Origin: Octopus sinensis
Taxonomy: Eukaryota
Direction: 5' to 3'
Assembly: GCF_006345805.1 (NCBI RefSeq)
Contig: NW_021835407.1
Coordinates: forward strand, 1 to 43,568
DNA length: 43,568 nt
Below, piece by piece: positions 1 to 11,835 of the stretch; positions within the stretch are counted from its first letter, which is position 1, and every line of letters starts with the position of its first letter. The notes under the pieces were generated by a model, which saw only the letters and a program-made list of their open reading frames with translations, searched no databases and had not been told where the DNA came from. A program made the translations under genes and the position numbers.

Positions 1-235
1 CAATATAATACTGAAACATACCGAGGGACAGCCCCTCGAAAATACATTGGATCATTGGAAGGATACCTGTGAAAAAGAAGAGAGAAATTATCTCCTGCAC
101 TGGGAGAAAAACATGGACTTCTTCCAAAAATATAGTGCAACTTTCAAAAATGAATTGGGTACAAATAATCCCTTCCTTAAGAAAATTACAAAACATAAAA
201 AAGAAAAACCAAACAACCCACGAACAACCCCCAAC
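1..235 (+). pseudogene. Fragment of the N-terminal domain of a Penelope-like element ORF (runs off the window start)
   Basis: The frame NIILKHTEGQPLENTLDHWKDTCEKEERNYLLHWEKNMDFFQKYSATF aligns by eye with the N-terminal region of the PLE at ~13410-13565 (ILLVINNKAESLHIEKISKLWKDDCNKEELKSPQRWKK...WF.NYESTF). The shared pattern is WKDxCxKEE...W.K...F..Y..TF. Confidence 0.55.
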
Positions 236-299
236 TATCCTCTATATGTTCTATTTTCTATATATTCACCCACGTGCTTTCACAAACCAACTTTCTTAT

Positions 300-391
300 C
301 TATATATATATACAGTCTTCAAAAAGTATCTCCACAGTGAATATTATATATATATATATATACACGGTGTACAAAAAGTCTCTCCACACAC

Positions 392-436
<45 letters not shown>
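300..436 (+). repeat. Cluster of 2 TIR-like ~35-bp units with (AT)n
   Basis: CAGTCTTCAAAAAGTATCTCCACAGTGAAT (~313) and CACGGTGTACAAAAAGTCTCTCCAC (~363), each embedded in (AT)n. Confidence 0.85.
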
Positions 437-437
<1 letters not shown>

Positions 438-496
438 ACATTATTGGTGAATTGAAGAAATGGAGCTGAACGCAGATTGAACAGAAATCGTTTTAT

Positions 497-583
497 TTCA
501 TTCTACACGTGTTTCGAAAGGCACAAATTACGAAAATCCGATTGAATAATGGGACCATATTATGTCTTTCTCTTCAGGAAGAA
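497..583 (-). ncRNA. Type I hammerhead ribozyme motif (left arm)
   Basis: Minus strand: TTCTTC-CTGAAGA-GAAAGACATAAT..long loop..ATTTGTGCCTTTC-GAAAC-ACGT-GTA-GAATGAA. The core is canonical, loop III is palindromic (ACGT), the cleavage triplet is GUA, and stem I has one bulge. Confidence 0.65.
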
Positions 584-787
584 AAAAGGAAGTCCGTTGG
601 AAAAACAAAAACAGAACAGAGGCGGAGCAAAAACAAATCGAACTATGCTCCTAAGAGCCCATGGCGAGTTTCGCCATGGGCTCGCCATGAGCCCATGGAG
701 AGTTTCGCATGGGCTCTTAGGAGCATAGTTCGATTTGTTTTTGCTCCGCCTCTGTTCTGTTTTTGTTTTTCCAACGGACTTCCTTTT

Positions 788-873
788 TTCTTCCTGAAGA
801 GAAAGACACAATATGGTCCCATTATTCAATCGGATTTTGGTAATTTGTGCCTTCGAAACACGTGTAGAATGAA
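788..873 (+). ncRNA. Type I hammerhead ribozyme motif (right arm)
   Basis: CTGAAGA 794-800, GAAAC 855-859, ACGT 860-863, GTA 864-866; stem I TTCTTC/GAATGAA. Stem II is weaker than in the left-arm copy. Confidence 0.6.
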
Positions 874-1084
874 ATAAAACGATTTCTGTTCAATCTGCGT
901 TCAGCTCCATTTCTTCAATTCACCAATAATGTTTTAATTTCAATTATCCGCACCAACGCACGGTTGCAACGCCAGATGGTTGTACCTCCAACCATGCTGT
1001 TTACTGCTGTGATTTTTGCTACTAAGGTATCGGTTAAACTTTTGATTAATCTACTACAAGATTATTCATCTTTCTATTTCACAT

Positions 1085-1164
1085 AATATATATATATATA
1101 TAATATATATAATATATATATATATATTTACACAGTATTCAAAAAGTCTCTCTACAGTGAATTT

Positions 1165-1221
<57 letters not shown>

Positions 1222-1241
1222 TAATATATATATATATATAT
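1085..1241 (+). repeat. (AT)n tract with one TIR-like unit
   Basis: TACACAGTATTCAAAAAGTCTCTCTACAGTGAATTTT at ~1129. Confidence 0.85.
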
Positions 1242-4240
1242 GGTGTCAGCCCTTCCATCAATGCACAAAAATGGAAGGTCCAATTCATTGAAGACTGGGT
1301 TGGTAACCATTCACACCACATCCCTTTCTTCATTCTCACTGAGACCCACCTTGACAACTCCCACTTGGAAGCCGAAGTGAGAGTGAAGAATTTCACAACC
1401 ATCCGCGCGGATCGTATCGGCAGGAGGAAGGGTGGAACTGCCATTTTCCTGCATGATTCATTTACGGCAGATGGAAATAGTATATTCTCCAACGGCTACT
1501 GTGAATCAGTCACCGTGCACAACAAAGCCAATGACCTGACAGTAATTGGGCTCTATAGGCCGCCCCAAACACCCATACTGTGCTTTAAAGAATGCCTCAA
1601 CAGCATTAAGTGCTTTATTCAACAGTGCCATTCTAGCAACATACTCATGATGGGAGACTTCAATCTACCCTGTGTTGACTGGACTACAAACTGTTTGAAA
1701 CCAAGCACTCCCGCCTCAACCGCTGACAAAGAAGCAGCAGAGTCACTTTTCGACTTTACGAATGAGTTTTTCTTGTCCCAACTTGTCCATGCACCAACAA
1801 GACATCAGAACATTTTGGACCTAGTGTTTAGTAACCACACTAACACTATACATAACGTTACAGTGGAAAAAACCCTTCTTTCAGACCATGACATGGTTCT
1901 CTGTAACATGAAATTCCACCAGCCGAAAGCTAATCCTAGTGACCTTCCTCCAGCCCACCCATTTGACAACATGGATCTCCATAAAGCCAACTGGGATGCA
2001 ATCAGGAACGAGCTATCAAATGTTGACTGGTCCTTTACACATACACACATCTCCACCAACCATAAAACATCTTGGCAGATCTTTGTAGACACCGTCACAG
2101 ACATATGTGCAAAACACTCCCCACCAAGACCTGTGAACAAAAAGTGCAGAATCCCCCAAAACAGGAAAACCATTATCAGAAAAATAAAAAGAACAAACAA
2201 AAAAATTAACAAACTAAAGTACTGCCAACAGCAACACACACATTCGACGGCTATCGCACTGCTTGAATCCAAAAAATATAACCTCCAACAATGCATGAAG
2301 ACCCTCATCAATAACCAAAGATCAGCTGAGGAGAAGTGGGCCATTGAAAAAATCAAACTCAACCCCAAAGTGTTCTTTTCATTTGCGAGGAAACGCAGGG
2401 TCACTGTCTCCACTGTAGGCCCTCTAATTGACGAAACTGGCACTCTCCAAGATAATACCAAATCCATGGCCGAGATACTGCAGAAACAATACTGCTCTAT
2501 TTTCAGCAATCCTGATATGGCCGATCTGGGCTGTATCAGTGATGTCAACCCCCAACACACTATATCGGACATAACGTTTAGTGCCCCTGATGTCTTAGCG
2601 GCGATAAACGAAATAAAACACAATTCAGCAGTAGGCCCCGATAGGTTCCCTGCTTGTGTCCTGAAGGTGTGTCGACACCAACTTGCACCTCCCCTTGCTA
2701 ATCTGTGGAGAAACTCACTGGATGCTGGCTATATTCCAAAAAACCTTCTGTCCCAGTCTGTTGTCCCAGTTTTCAAAAAGGGAAACAAGTCCCTTGCAGT
2801 GAACTACCGTCCGATCTCACTCACCTCTCATATCATCAAGGTATTTGAGAGGGTGGTGAGATCTCGAATAACCCAATTTCTGGAAAGCAACAGACGGCTG
2901 ATCTCCAACCAACATGGGTTCCGTAATGGAAGGGACTGCCTAACGCAGCTCCTGCATCACTTTGAGGACATTTTGAGAGCTTTGGGAGAGGGCTCCAACA
3001 CCGATGTCATCTACCTTGATTTCAGTAAGGCCTTCGACAGGGTCGATCACAAGATCCTATTGAAAAAACTATCCAACATTGGTGTCTCTGGAAAGTTACT
3101 GAAATGGATTAAGTGTTTTCTGACAGACAGATCTCAACATGTTGTAGTTGAAGGGGTAAAATCAAGCCCAGCCAAAGTCAGTAGTGGCGTTCCGCAAGGC
3201 ACTGTGCTGGGCCCACTTCTTTTCATCATTTACATTAATGACATTAATGACATCATCAAGCACAGCAACATAAAAATCTTTGCAGATGACTCCAAGCTAC
3301 AGAAGGTCATAAATGAGGCGAGTGACCGGACATGCCTTCAGTCAGATCTACTGGCTGTTATCCAATGGGCAGAAAAAAACAATATGCTGCTGAACGAGGA
3401 TAAATTTGAGCTAATCCACTTTGGAAAAGAGGATGCCCTGATACTCCCTTCTTTCAGGTGAAACTCTCGCGGCGTCCAACAACATCAGAGACTTGGGAGT
3501 AATTGTGGACAACAACGTAAGCTGGGCCACTCATATAAACACCAAAGTTGACATGGCCCGCAGAATGTGTTCCTGGATTCTCAGAACTTTCCAGTCGAGA
3601 GATATCCACACCATTATCCTTCTCTTCTCCACTTTTGCCCGACCCCACCTTGAATACTGTTGTCCACTGTGGTCTCCCCACACAATACAAGGTATCATAA
3701 AAGTTGAAGCACCTCAAAGGGCAATCACAAAAAAGATAGATGGCATGACAGGCCTCGACTATTGGGGTCGACTAGAAAAGCTAAAACTCTATTCTCTCCA
3801 ACGTCGTCGTGAGCGCTACATCATCTGCATGATGTGGAAAATATTCCATCAGCATTGCCCAAATGATGTTGGCATCACCTTTAAGGTACATCCAAGGCTT
3901 GGGCCCCGTGCCATCCGCCCAAAACAAAAATCGCACTCTCATCTCATAACAACAATACGGCACAATTATTTCACCTCAATTGGCCCCGCTCTCTTTAACA
4001 TTACACCAAAACACATTAAAACAGAAACTGACCCTATAGGGTTCAAGAAGTCTTTGGACAGATTCCTTCAAGAATCCCGGATAAACCCCCTACACCCGGA
4101 TATGTCTCTGTAAACAATAACTCTCTACTTGAGCGGGCCATAGTGCCCAAATTCTGACTTGAAAGACTTCACCAGGTGGTGCTATTAAGTTAGACATGGC
4201 CTGGGCCAATAATGGCCGAAACCTATCAAAGTATCAAAGT
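1242..4240 (+). mobile_element. 5'-truncated CR1/L2-group non-LTR retrotransposon (APE endonuclease + RT), inserted in (TA)n
   Basis: The frame is open from 1242 (...ILTETHL, IGLYRPP, MGDFNLP, LDLVF = APE; YRPISLTSHIIKVFERV, YLDFSKAFD, GVPQGTVLGPLLF, FADDSK = RT). Frameshifts near 3442 and 4072. The C-terminus contains LYSLQRRRERY. The 3' tail is GGTGGTGC..CATGGCC-hairpin-GAAAC followed by (TATCAAAG)2. Confidence 0.93.
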
Positions 4241-4490
4241 ATATATATATATATATATATACTCAGTGTTCAAAAATCTCTCCACAGTGAATTTTATGTA
4301 TATATATATATACACACAGCGTTCAAAAAGACTCTATACAGTGAATTTTATATATATATATACTCAGTGTTCAAAAATCTCTCCACAGTGAATTTTATAT
4401 ATATATATATGCACACACTGTTCAAAAATTCTCTCCACAGTGAATATTATATAAATATATATACACATTGTTCAAAAAGTCTTTACACAG

Positions 4491-4580
<90 letters not shown>

Positions 4581-4590
4581 GTATATGTAT
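4241..4590 (+). repeat. Cluster of 5 TIR-like units with (AT)n
   Basis: Units at ~4261, 4313, 4362, 4412 and 4462. Confidence 0.9.
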
Positions 4591-4597
4591 ACATAAA

Positions 4598-7500
4598 GGT
4601 AGTGGGTAGCGAACTTCTTCACTACTTCAGGGAGTGACGACCCTGCCTGACACGAGTTCCGGGCTCAGCTGGCTCCGGCTGACAGCACCCGGTATGGGCC
4701 CCTATCCAGGGTTACGGAAAGGAGACAACCTTCAAAGAAATCCGGAATGAAGCCCCGAAGGCGGTCTTGTGTTCGACTCGACACTCTTCCGGAAGCTCCT
4801 GCAACCAAGCTGGTGCCAAACGTAATGCACTTCATTCCACTGGACTACATCAGCAAGGTCGAGAGAGGAAACCTGACGATTGGGCTACCCAGGACTTTCT
4901 TATCTATAGCCCAGGCTTGCGCAAAACTGGAGAGGACACTTCAGTGCTGCTGTGAAAAGCTGCAGACACAACACGGGAGGTAACAGTCACGAGTGATAAG
5001 TCCATTCAGTTTGGCGTAAAATATGGGCGCTACGGGTTACCTCTGACGGTGGGAGGGACCTCCGTGTCCTATTGGTTAGCTGCTGCCCACCTAAAGCTGG
5101 GCAGCCCCCAGTTAATAAGGTGCTGACCCGCCACAAGCCGTTTGCTCCATTGGGTGCTTGGAGCTAAGAGTATGACCCGAAAAGCGGCCTGCAACCTCTG
5201 CACCAGGCAAGCAACTAAAAGTCAAGAAAACACCAGTTCTGCGGTTGGCAAGCTGGAATGTCAGGACCATGTGTCCTGGAATATCTGATGATCTTCTCAG
5301 GATTGAAGACACAAGGAAAATGGCCATCATTGACCGTGAACTAAAGAGGCTCAACATAGATATTGCTGGGCTGCAGGAGACAAGACTTCCCTCAAACGGC
5401 AAACTCAAAGAGCAGGATTTCACCTTCTTTTGGCAGGGAAGAGATCCAGAAGAACCTCGTCAACATGGCGTTAGCTTTGCAGTGAGAAACTCACTACTCT
5501 CCTCAATAGAACCACCATCGGGAGGCACTGAGCGTATCCTCTCACTGCGCCTCTCGACTTCTTCTGGCTCAGTACATCTACTCAGCATCTATGCTCCCAC
5601 TCTCTACAGCTCAGAGGAGACCAAGGACCAGTTCTACAAAGATCTCAACTGTGTCATAGAAAATATACCAACGACTGAAAATATCTACCTTCTAGGGGAT
5701 TTTAACGCTCGCGTGGGATCTGACCATGATTCGTGGCCCATTTGTGTTGGACACTTTGGTATTGGCAACATGAATGACAATGGTCAGAGACTACTCGAAT
5801 TCTGCACATACCACAACCTGTGAATCACAAACACATTGGTTACCAACAAGCCATCCCACAAGGCATCCTGGAGACATCTAAGATCTCACCACTGGCATCA
5901 GCTGGATCTCATCATTACACGGAGATCCTTTCTAAATTCTACTCTATTGACCCGCAGTTACCACAGCGTAGATTGTGACACAGACCACTCACTAATTAGA
6001 AGCAGGGCGAGGATTCTGCCTAAAAAAGTCCATCGCTCCAAGAAAGTGGGCCGACCACACATCAACACCGCCAGAACCTCGGACCCTACACTGCGAAAAT
6101 GTTTTGCTGCTCCTATCAAGGTTGCCCTCAGTAGCTGCCCAACCTCCTCTGCTGAAAGTAGGTGGGACTATATCAGGGAAGCCTTGTATACGACATCATT
6201 GGATACTTTCGGCATGAGAGAAAGGCAAAACCCAGATTGGTTCAATGCTGGGCTCTCAGAGCTGGAGTCAGTTATCGAAGCAAAGCGTGCAGCTCTGGTG
6301 CAATACAAGATTGACTCTTCTACAAAGTCACTCGAAGAACTCAGAAAGGCACGAAATAAAACTCAACTGACAGCCAGACGCTGTGCAAATAGGTATTGGC
6401 AGGAAATCTGTCAGAGTATCCAGTCAGCTGCTGACAGGGGCGACACCCGTGGGATGTATGCCGGTTTGAAGAAGGCCCTCGGTCCATCCGCAACCAAGTC
6501 AGCCCCTCTGAAATCAACTACTGGAGATCTCATCAGGGATCAAGGCAAGCAAATGGATAGATGGGTGGAGCACTAGCAGGATCTCTACTCACGGGAGACC
6601 ACAGTGGCTGAGGCTGCAGTCGAGAGCGTCAAGATCTTGCCAGTCATGTGCGAACTTGACAGTCCGCCATCTATAGCAGAGTTCACCAAGGCTGTTGACT
6701 CCCTAGCAAGAAATAAGGCTCCGGGAAAAAACGGCATCCCCTCAGAGATCATCAAAGCCGGCAAAAACACCATCCTGCTTCGGCACCTTCATGAGCTTCT
6801 GTGTCAGTGCTGGGAAGAGGGTACAGTCCCTCAGGATATGCGGGATGCTAACATCATTACGCTTTACAAAAACAAAGGTGACCGTGGTGATTGTAACAAT
6901 TACCGTGGTATATCCCTTCTAAGCACTGTCGGAAAGACCTTTGCCCGCGTTATCCTGGCCAGGCTACAACTACTTGCTTCTCGAATCTATCCGGAATCGC
7001 AGTGTGGCTTTAGAAGAAGCAGATCAACTATCGATATGGTATTCTCCATACGCCAACTTCAGGAGAAGTCCAGAGAGCAGAGAATGCCATTATATATGGC
7101 CTTCATTGATCTAACAAAGGCTTTTGAATCGGTAAGCATAACAGGCTTCTTCATCCTGCTCCAAAAAATCGGATGTCCACCAGAGCTGCTGAGGATCATC
7201 AAGTCTTTCCATGATGACATGCAAGGCACCATATAGCACAACGGTTCAACATCAGCCGCCTTCCAAATAAAAAACGGGGTAAAGCAAGGTTGTGTCCTCG
7301 CTCCTACATTGTTTGGCATCTTCACGCTCTTACTTTCACATGCCTTTCAGACATCAGATGATGGAGTGTTTCTGCACAGTAGAAGTGACGGGAAACTGTT
7401 CAATCTCTCGCGCCTGCGTGCCAAGACCAAAATCAGAAACGTCCTGATCAAGGAGATGTTATTTGCTGATGATGCCGCTCTGGTAACACACACAGAAGAA

Positions 7501-8460
7501 GCCCTCCAAAGGCTCATTAACTGTTTTGAGCAAGCATGTAACGACTTTGGCTTAGCTATCAGCCTTAAGAAGACCAACATCATGGGCCAGGCTACATCGG
7601 ACATCCCAAACATACATATTGGAGACCACAGATTACAAGAGGTGGAGAAGTTTACCTCTCTGGGCTCTACCGTCACCTACAACCTATCCCTTGACGCTGA
7701 GCTCAATATACGCATTGGCAAGGCAGCTGCTGCGATGGCCCAACTCTACAAACGGGCTTCGGACAACAATAAGCTGACCAAGACCACGAAAATGAAGATC
7801 TACCAGGCATGTGTACTCAGCACTCTACTGTATGGAAGTGAGACTTGGACGCTATACACACGCCAAAAGCGTCGCCTAAACATCTTTCACCTGCGCTGCC
7901 TCCGGAAAATCCTCCGCATCAAATGGCAGAATCATATCCCCAACAAAGATGTCCTCAGGCAAGCAGGAATACCAAGCATGTTTGCACTCCTCACACAAAG
8001 AAGTTTGAGATGGCTTGGGCATGTTAGCCGTATGAAAGATGGCAGAATCCCCAAGGACATACTCTACGGAGAGCTTGCTAGGGGTACTAGGTCTGTGGGT
8101 AGACCGATCTTACGTTACAAGGATGTTTGCAAAAGGGACATGAAGGCCTGCAACATCAATATTAGCGGTTGGGAGGCAGTTGCCGACAACCGTGCAGAAT
8201 GGCGACGTACCGTAAAAAAGGGAATACAAAGGAGTGACAGAGAGAGAGAGGAGAAATGGAAAGAAAGGAAGAGACGTAAATAGAGACTATGGCACTACAA
8301 CCAGCCAGGAACAGTCTTCGCTACATTTGCGGTACCTGCGAGAGGGAGTGTTTGTCCAGGATAGGACTACACAGCCACTGCAGGAAATGTATCTGGACAT
8401 GAAATATAAAAGCCGGACTAGACTACTTCATGCGCAACTCCATTGTCTCCCGAGAGACAA
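4598..8460 (+). mobile_element. Near full-length RTE-clade (BovB-like) LINE, inactivated
   Basis: About 570 bp of 5' UTR, then a single APE-RT ORF (LASWNVRTM, AGLQETRL, LLGDFNARVG, YRGISLLS, FIDLTKAF, GVKQGCVLAP, LFADDAAL, LLYGSETW). The C-terminal CxxC..HxxxC motif (YICGTCERECLSRIGLHSHCRKC) is at ~8320-8390. The 3' end is CCATTGTCTCCCGAGA. Confidence 0.93.
5172..8401 (+). pseudogene. RTE APE-RT polyprotein pseudogene
   Basis: The four ORF-track pieces (5245, 5836, 6604, 7309) share one frame, split by nonsense codons at 5821 (TGA), 6574 (TAG) and 7234 (TAG). Probable frameshifts near 5220 and 8280. Confidence 0.88.
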
Positions 8461-8574
8461 TATATATACAATACAATATATATACAGTGTACAAAAAATC
8501 TCTCCACAGTGAATTATATATATATATATATATATATACAGTGTTCAAAAACTCTCTCCACAGTGAATTTTATA

Positions 8575-8606
<32 letters not shown>

Positions 8607-8653
8607 CAGTGTTCAAAAACTCTCTCCACAGTGAATTATATATATATATATAG

Positions 8654-8729
<76 letters not shown>

Positions 8730-9052
8730 ATGTTCAAAAATTTCTCCACAGTGAGCTTTATATATATATATACACAGTGTACAAAAAGTCTCTCCACAGT
8801 GAATTTTATATACATATATACACACACTGTTCAAAAATCTCTCCATAGTAAATTTTATAGATATATATATACTCAGTGTTCAAAAAGTCTCTCCACAGGG
8901 AATTTTATATATATATATATACACACACAGTGTTAAAAAAGTGTCTCCACTCTGAATTTTATATATATATATACACAGTATTCAAAATGTTTCTCCACAG
9001 TGAATTTTGCATATATATATATATACAGTGTTCAAAAGGTCTCTCCACAGTG

Positions 9053-9105
<53 letters not shown>

Positions 9106-9495
9106 ATTCACTGTGGAGAGACTTTTTGAAAACTATATATATATATATGTATATATATATACAAAGTGTTCAAAAAGTCTCTCCACAGGGAATTTTATAT
9201 ATATATTATATATATATATATATACTTAGTGTTCAAAAAGTCTCTCCACAGTGAATTTATGAATATATATATATATATATAGAATTCACTGTGGAGAGAC
9301 TTTTCGAACACAGTGTGTATATATATATATATATATAAAATTCACTGTGGAGAGACTTTTTGAAAACTATATATATATATATGTATATATATATACAAAG
9401 TGTTCAAAAAGTCTCTCCACAGGGAATTTTATATATATATTATATATATATATATATACTTAGTGTTCAAAAAGTCTCTCCACAGTGAATTTTGC

Positions 9496-9526
<31 letters not shown>

Positions 9527-9617
9527 TCACTGTGGAGAGACTTTTCGAACACAGTGTGTATATATATATATATATAAAATTCACTGTGGAGAGACATTTT
9601 GAACACTGAGTATATAT

Positions 9618-9662
<45 letters not shown>

Positions 9663-9852
9663 ATATATATATATATATAAAATTCACTGTGGAGAGACTT
9701 TTTGAAAACTATATATATATATATTATATATATATATACACAGTATTCAAAATGTTTCTCCACAGTGAATATATATATATATATATATAATATATATATA
9801 TATACACACACAGTGTTAAAAAAGTGTCTCCACTCTGAATTTTATATATATG

Positions 9853-9886
<34 letters not shown>

Positions 9887-10121
9887 ATACAAAGTGTTCA
9901 AAAAGTCTCTCCACAGGGAATTTTATATATATATTATATATATATATACTTAGTGTTCAAAAAGTCTCTCCACAGTGAATTTATGAATATATATATATAT
10001 ATATATAGATATATATATATATAGAATTCACTGTGGAGAGACTTTTTGAAAACTATATATATATATATATATATAAAATTCACTGTGGAGAGACATTTTG
10101 AACACTGAGTATATATATATA
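8461..10121. repeat. Largest TIR-like/(AT)n array (~26 units, ~7 inverted), with a ~234-bp higher-order repeat
   Basis: Forward units are CAGTGTTCAAAAAGTCTCTCCACAGTGAATT. Reverse units (AATTCACTGTGGAGAGACTTTTTGAA) are at ~9105, 9283, 9339, 9523, 9578, 9680, 10024-10110. Block 9105-9339 is repeated at 9339-9578 with the same diagnostic variants. Confidence 0.93.
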
Positions 10122-11545
10122 TTTAAAAAAGGAGATGTGGAACACGAGTTGTGATATATAAAAAGAGGAAATGAAGAAAATGCTGACAAAATAATTTAAG
10201 TAAGGGAGAGTGTATTTAATTAGGTGAAAGTTCTTTTTTTAAAGAAAAAAAAAGAGAAAAATTGGGTTAGAATACAATGTTCATTTTTTGTGAATAATTT
10301 CAGTGTATAGAAAAAAAGGAAGAGTCTTTTACAGTGTTCTGTTTCAGAATAAGATATTTAGTAAAAGCGTGTAATATACAGTTTTTTTGTGGAAAATTTT
10401 AATGTCAGATTTCAGTGTAGAATAAAATAAGTAAGAGTTTACCGGTTGCGCATCTGTTATGCTTATCAAAAGATATTTTGAGTGAGATAGAGTTCCTTTC
10501 TGATTGATTTTTTTCTCTTATCTGACTTTATGTTGGGTTTGCTGTCTCTTATATGTGAAAAAAAAGGCTCCGGAGTTGTTTGAGATTTGCTTGGTTTCGC
10601 GCCTAAATTTCTTGTGGACAATGGTCAATACAATTTTGATTGGTCATTATAAAGGGGTCACGTGTATGTTTGAATGGAAGTTGGTGTTGGGGTAAGAAAA
10701 TAGGCTCCAGAGATGTTAAAATTTGGCTGGTATCGCGCCTAAAATTTCTTATTGGTCATAATAAAGAGGTCACGTGAATGTGGTCATAATAGAGAGGTCA
10801 CGTGAATGTTTAGAATGAATTTTGGTGTAGGTGGTGTATGGAGTTTTCGAAAATAGCGTTGTTGAAAATTCTTATTGTTCAGGAGGCTGGTCAGTACGTC
10901 ATGTGGATATTTTGAATGGCTTTTTAGCGCGTAGGTAAGGAGTGTATTTTCCGCTTGACTGAATTTGAGCTGGAAAAGTAAGTTCGTTTAGGACAGGAAG
11001 AGCTATATGTATGTATGTGTGTGCTCGTGTGTGTGTGTGTGTGTGTGTGTGCGTTTGTGTGTGTGTGTGTGTGTTTATATGTATGTTGGGGGGCGCGCGC
11101 GTGTATATATGTGTGCGTGTGTGGGTACAATTTTCAATATTTATAGTTCTGCTGGCCTTGTGCCTGTATCAGGAAGCAACGTGTTTGTGTGAAGTCAATA
11201 TTTACAGTCATTTCCAAAAAATAGTGTTGGATATTTTGCACCCGTATCAAATTATGCGTATGTGTGGAACCATATGTTTGCGTGTGTCATGGTGTTAATA
11301 TCTGGGTAAAAGTGTGTGTAGGGTGTGTGTAGGTGTAAGTGTGTTTGTTGTGGGTTCGTGTTAGGGGGATGTGTTTAGAAGTGGTCTGTATTTATTAATA
11401 AGGTGGGATTCCATGGTTATTCGCTGGGTATGAGTGGCATTGTCTTTAAATTTGTAGAGGGGAAAGATTCTAAAATTGGGATGAAGTTGTGCGGCACAGT
11501 ATCAATATGTGCACTAAGTGCTATTTTTCTGTATTCCTGTATTTC
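10122..11545 (-). mobile_element. Inverted 3' fragment (endonuclease C-terminus, 3' UTR and pseudo-LTR) of the adjacent Neptune-like PLE
   Basis: 10690-11545 is the reverse complement of ~16260-17106, including the (CA)n/(TG)n tract. 10122-10390 is the reverse complement of ~11546-11812. Confidence 0.9.
10437..10470 (-). ncRNA. Degenerate hammerhead-like motif in the PLE pseudo-LTR
   Basis: Minus strand: TTGATAA-GCAT-AACAG-ATGC-GCAAC-CG-GTA. There are three core mismatches to CTGANGA/GAAAC and stem I is weak. Confidence 0.35.
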
Positions 11546-11835
11546 AAAAACTGTATATTACACGCTTTTACTAAATATCTTATTCTGAAACAGAACACTG
11601 TAAAAGACTCTTCCTTTTTTTCTTATACACTGAAATCATTCACAAAAATGAACATTGTATTCTAACCCAATTTTTCTCTTTTTTCTTTAAAAAAAGAACT
11701 TTCACCTAATTAAATACACTCTCCCTTACTTAAATTATTTTGTCAGCATTTTCTTCATTTCCTCTTTTTATATATCACAACTCGTGTTCGACATCTCCTT
11801 TTTTAAATATCATATCCCCGCATGAGATACAGAAA

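Larger units (their letters stand above)
437..933. repeat. ~500-bp near-perfect palindrome with a twin-hairpin axis and an HHR in each arm; probable non-coding PLE terminal fold-back
   Basis: The left arm (AACATTATTGGTGAATTG..., 437) is the reverse complement of the right arm (...CAATTCACCAATAATGTT, 933), with only a few differences. The axis is at 655-716. Confidence 0.95.

Noticed and set aside
509-877. ORFs 509-877 (+) and 560-829 (-)
   Set aside because: They are mirror-image products of the palindrome with no recognisable domain.
437-933. Endogenous parvovirus/densovirus terminus
   Set aside because: There is no NS1/Rep or capsid coding sequence nearby, and the arms contain PLE-type hammerheads. 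Kept only as a structural analogy.
1805-2623. 272-aa antisense ORF, and other antisense ORFs over the LINE ORF2s
   Set aside because: They are shadow frames opposite well-supported RT/APE coding sequence, with no independent motifs.
4194-4222. Hairpin followed by GAAAC in LINE tails as hammerhead half-sites
   Set aside because: There is no CTGANGA upstream and no stem III or NUH site. Interpreted instead as the LINE 3' recognition stem-loop.
4261-4495. The RAG/Transib recombination-signal heptamer CACAGTG occurs twice per unit, with a nonamer-like (A/T)CAAAAAGT
   Set aside because: The heptamer-nonamer spacing is 1 nt within a unit and variable between units (e.g. 27 nt at ~8747), not 12/23. 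No RAG/Transib ORF is present, and a TA-flanked Tc1/mariner-type TIR explains the unit better.
5821-7236. In-frame TGA/TAG stops in the RTE rescued by A-to-I editing or selenocysteine
   Set aside because: The expected residues from motif context are C, Y and Q, not Trp. Two of the three stops are TAG, I recognise no SECIS, and frameshifts are also present, so ordinary decay is simpler.
8461-10121. CRISPR-like array (35-bp repeats with variable spacers)
   Set aside because: The spacers are (AT)n microsatellites rather than unique sequence, units occur in both orientations, no cas genes are present, and the context is eukaryotic.
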